DNA from: Trichodelitschia bisporula
Lineage: Eukaryota
Length of the DNA stretch: 64,000 nucleotides
Assembly (NCBI GenBank): GCA_010356995.1
Contig: ML996687.1
Location: 559,803-623,802 of the forward strand
Direction of reading: 5' to 3'
The notes beneath the pieces were generated by a model that worked only from the letters and a program-made list of their open reading frames with translations, did no database searches and was not told the DNA's origin. Below, piece after piece: positions 62,538-64,000 of this stretch (its first letter is position 1; every line of letters begins with the position of its first letter). The translations under genes were made by a program, and so were the position numbers.

Positions 62538-62977
62538 ATGGGGGTTGCATAGCGTTCCTGTTGGGGATAGAGCGGTACTGAGGCTTGTATGGCTGCTCTT
62601 TGGCCGTGGGGGCCAAATATGAACTTGTATATGATGCATCTCGCGATTCGCGCTGGAGGCAAAAATGTGCTCACTGCAGGAGCCTTAACTGGCCTGATAT
62701 ATGCCAGAGTTGATGTTTTGGCTTCCCTATTCCTCACATGTAGTCGCCGGCTCCCGCCCAGTAAAGTGACATATCTTGCAGATGAATCTCAATGTACGCC
62801 TCCAAAAGCGCTGCAGCCAAAACTCGCCGTTCATTTTCCGCATCTCAACCTTCCCAGTTGGGTAACCGAGAGTTTGGCCATCACCGGTCACCTGACAACG
62901 CGCAAATGCGCGACATGAAATTTGATATCCCCCCCTCATCCCTACCACCAGCCTTCCCCGTCCGCAATTCCCACAAT

Positions 62978-64000
62978 ATGGACGACTTCACCCACGCAAC
63001 AGAAGCCTACCTCTCCTGGCTCCGCGCCTCCGGCATAACCATAAGCCCCAAAATCCACCTCGCCGACCTACGCTCCCGCAACGCCAGCCGCGGCGTCGTC
63101 GCGCTGTCCAACATCGCGCCCGACGAGGAACTCTTCCGCATCCCCCGCTCCATCATTCTAACCCCGTCCTCCCTCCCTTCCCTCCCCGCCGACGCCGACC
63201 CCTGGACCGGGCTCATCCTCTCGCTAATCGCAGCACACAATGCCGGGCCCGCGAGTCCCTGGGCGCCGTATCTCGCCGTCCTGCCCCCGCTGGAGGCGTT
63301 CAACACGCTGCTGTTCTGGACTGAGGGCGAGCTGGCGGAGCTCCAGGCCAGCCCGGTGCTTGGCAGGATTGGGGCCGCTGAGGCGCGGGAGATGATTGCC
63401 GAGCGTGTGGTCCCGGTGATTGAGGCTGAGCCTGCGAGGTATGGGTACGCAGCTTCGCCGGGGCGGGACGAGATCTTCGCGACTGCGAACCGTTTTGCTA
63501 GCATCATCATGGCGTACGCATTCGACATCGAACGCGACCCGGCGGAGCGGCAGCCCGACGAGGAGGGGTATGTGACGGAGGACGAGGACGCGGAATTGCC
63601 GAAGGGCATGGTGCCGCTGGCGGACGCGCTGAATGCGGATGGCGAGCGGAATAATGTTTCCTTTCCAAACCCCGTTTCGTATTCTCTTTGGCTGATACAG
63701 CTAGGCGCGCTTGTTCTACGAGCCCGATGCCCTGGTGATGAAGGCTATCAAGCCGATCCCCGCGGGGGAAGAGTGTCTAAACGACTACGGCGAGCTGCCA
63801 CGCGCGGAGGTCCTGCGGCGGTACGGTTTCGTCAGCCCGACATATGCGGCGTGGGATGTGGCGGAGGTTGAGCAATCGCTTATCGACAGCGTTCTCCGCG
63901 CCGGTGGCATCGACATTCCTTTCTACACCTTCGCAGCCGAGCGGGTACGTCTCCCGCGCACATCTTACTCACTAACTCAACCGCCGCAGAACGCTTTGAT
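62978..64000 (+). CDS. SET-domain protein-lysine methyltransferase (RKM4/SETD6-like), partial
   Basis: DLRSRNASRGVVA, ELFRIPR, WAPYLAVLP, IMAYAFD, MVPLADALNAD, then after an intron NDYGELPRAEVLRRYGFV; continues beyond window. Confidence 0.88.

Noticed and set aside
35032..64000. Apparent metabolic cluster (SER2, TML dioxygenase, MET7, PRO3, permease, lysine methyltransferase)
   Set aside because: Housekeeping genes from different pathways, interspersed with RRS1, RSM23 and an LRR gene; no evidence of a co-regulated cluster from sequence alone.

Overview
Eukaryotic, intron-containing fungal DNA (GT..CTAAC/CTGAC..AG introns; gene content typical of a filamentous ascomycete), GC-rich, with two N gaps. 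It holds about 22 protein genes and one intron-containing tRNA-Ile(AAT). Recognisable genes: KTI12, a SulP/STAS permease, a type-B carboxylesterase, a RhoGAP, an ERp38/TigA-type PDI, a GH55 exo-beta-1,3-glucanase, a ribosomal-L1-domain (CIC1/UTP30-like) protein, SER2, a secreted FAD oxidoreductase, trimethyllysine dioxygenase, MET7/FPGS, PRO3, RRS1, RSM23/DAP3, an amino-acid permease, an LRR protein and a SET methyltransferase. The most striking item is a single-ORF succinyl-CoA-synthetase alpha+beta fusion (60471-62537). Its linker looks like a retained internal mitochondrial presequence (possible MPP-cleaved polyprotein) and its beta half has lost the ATP-grasp nucleotide-binding motifs. Also notable: a secreted protein with a PHM/DBH-like copper ligand pattern, a cryptic ~150-bp dispersed repeat present twice 50 kb apart, a repeat-built protein with an RVxF motif, two in-frame ATGs in FPGS, and a strong C-to-G/T compositional gradient along most genes. 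Product calls come from motif recognition by eye; no searches were run.
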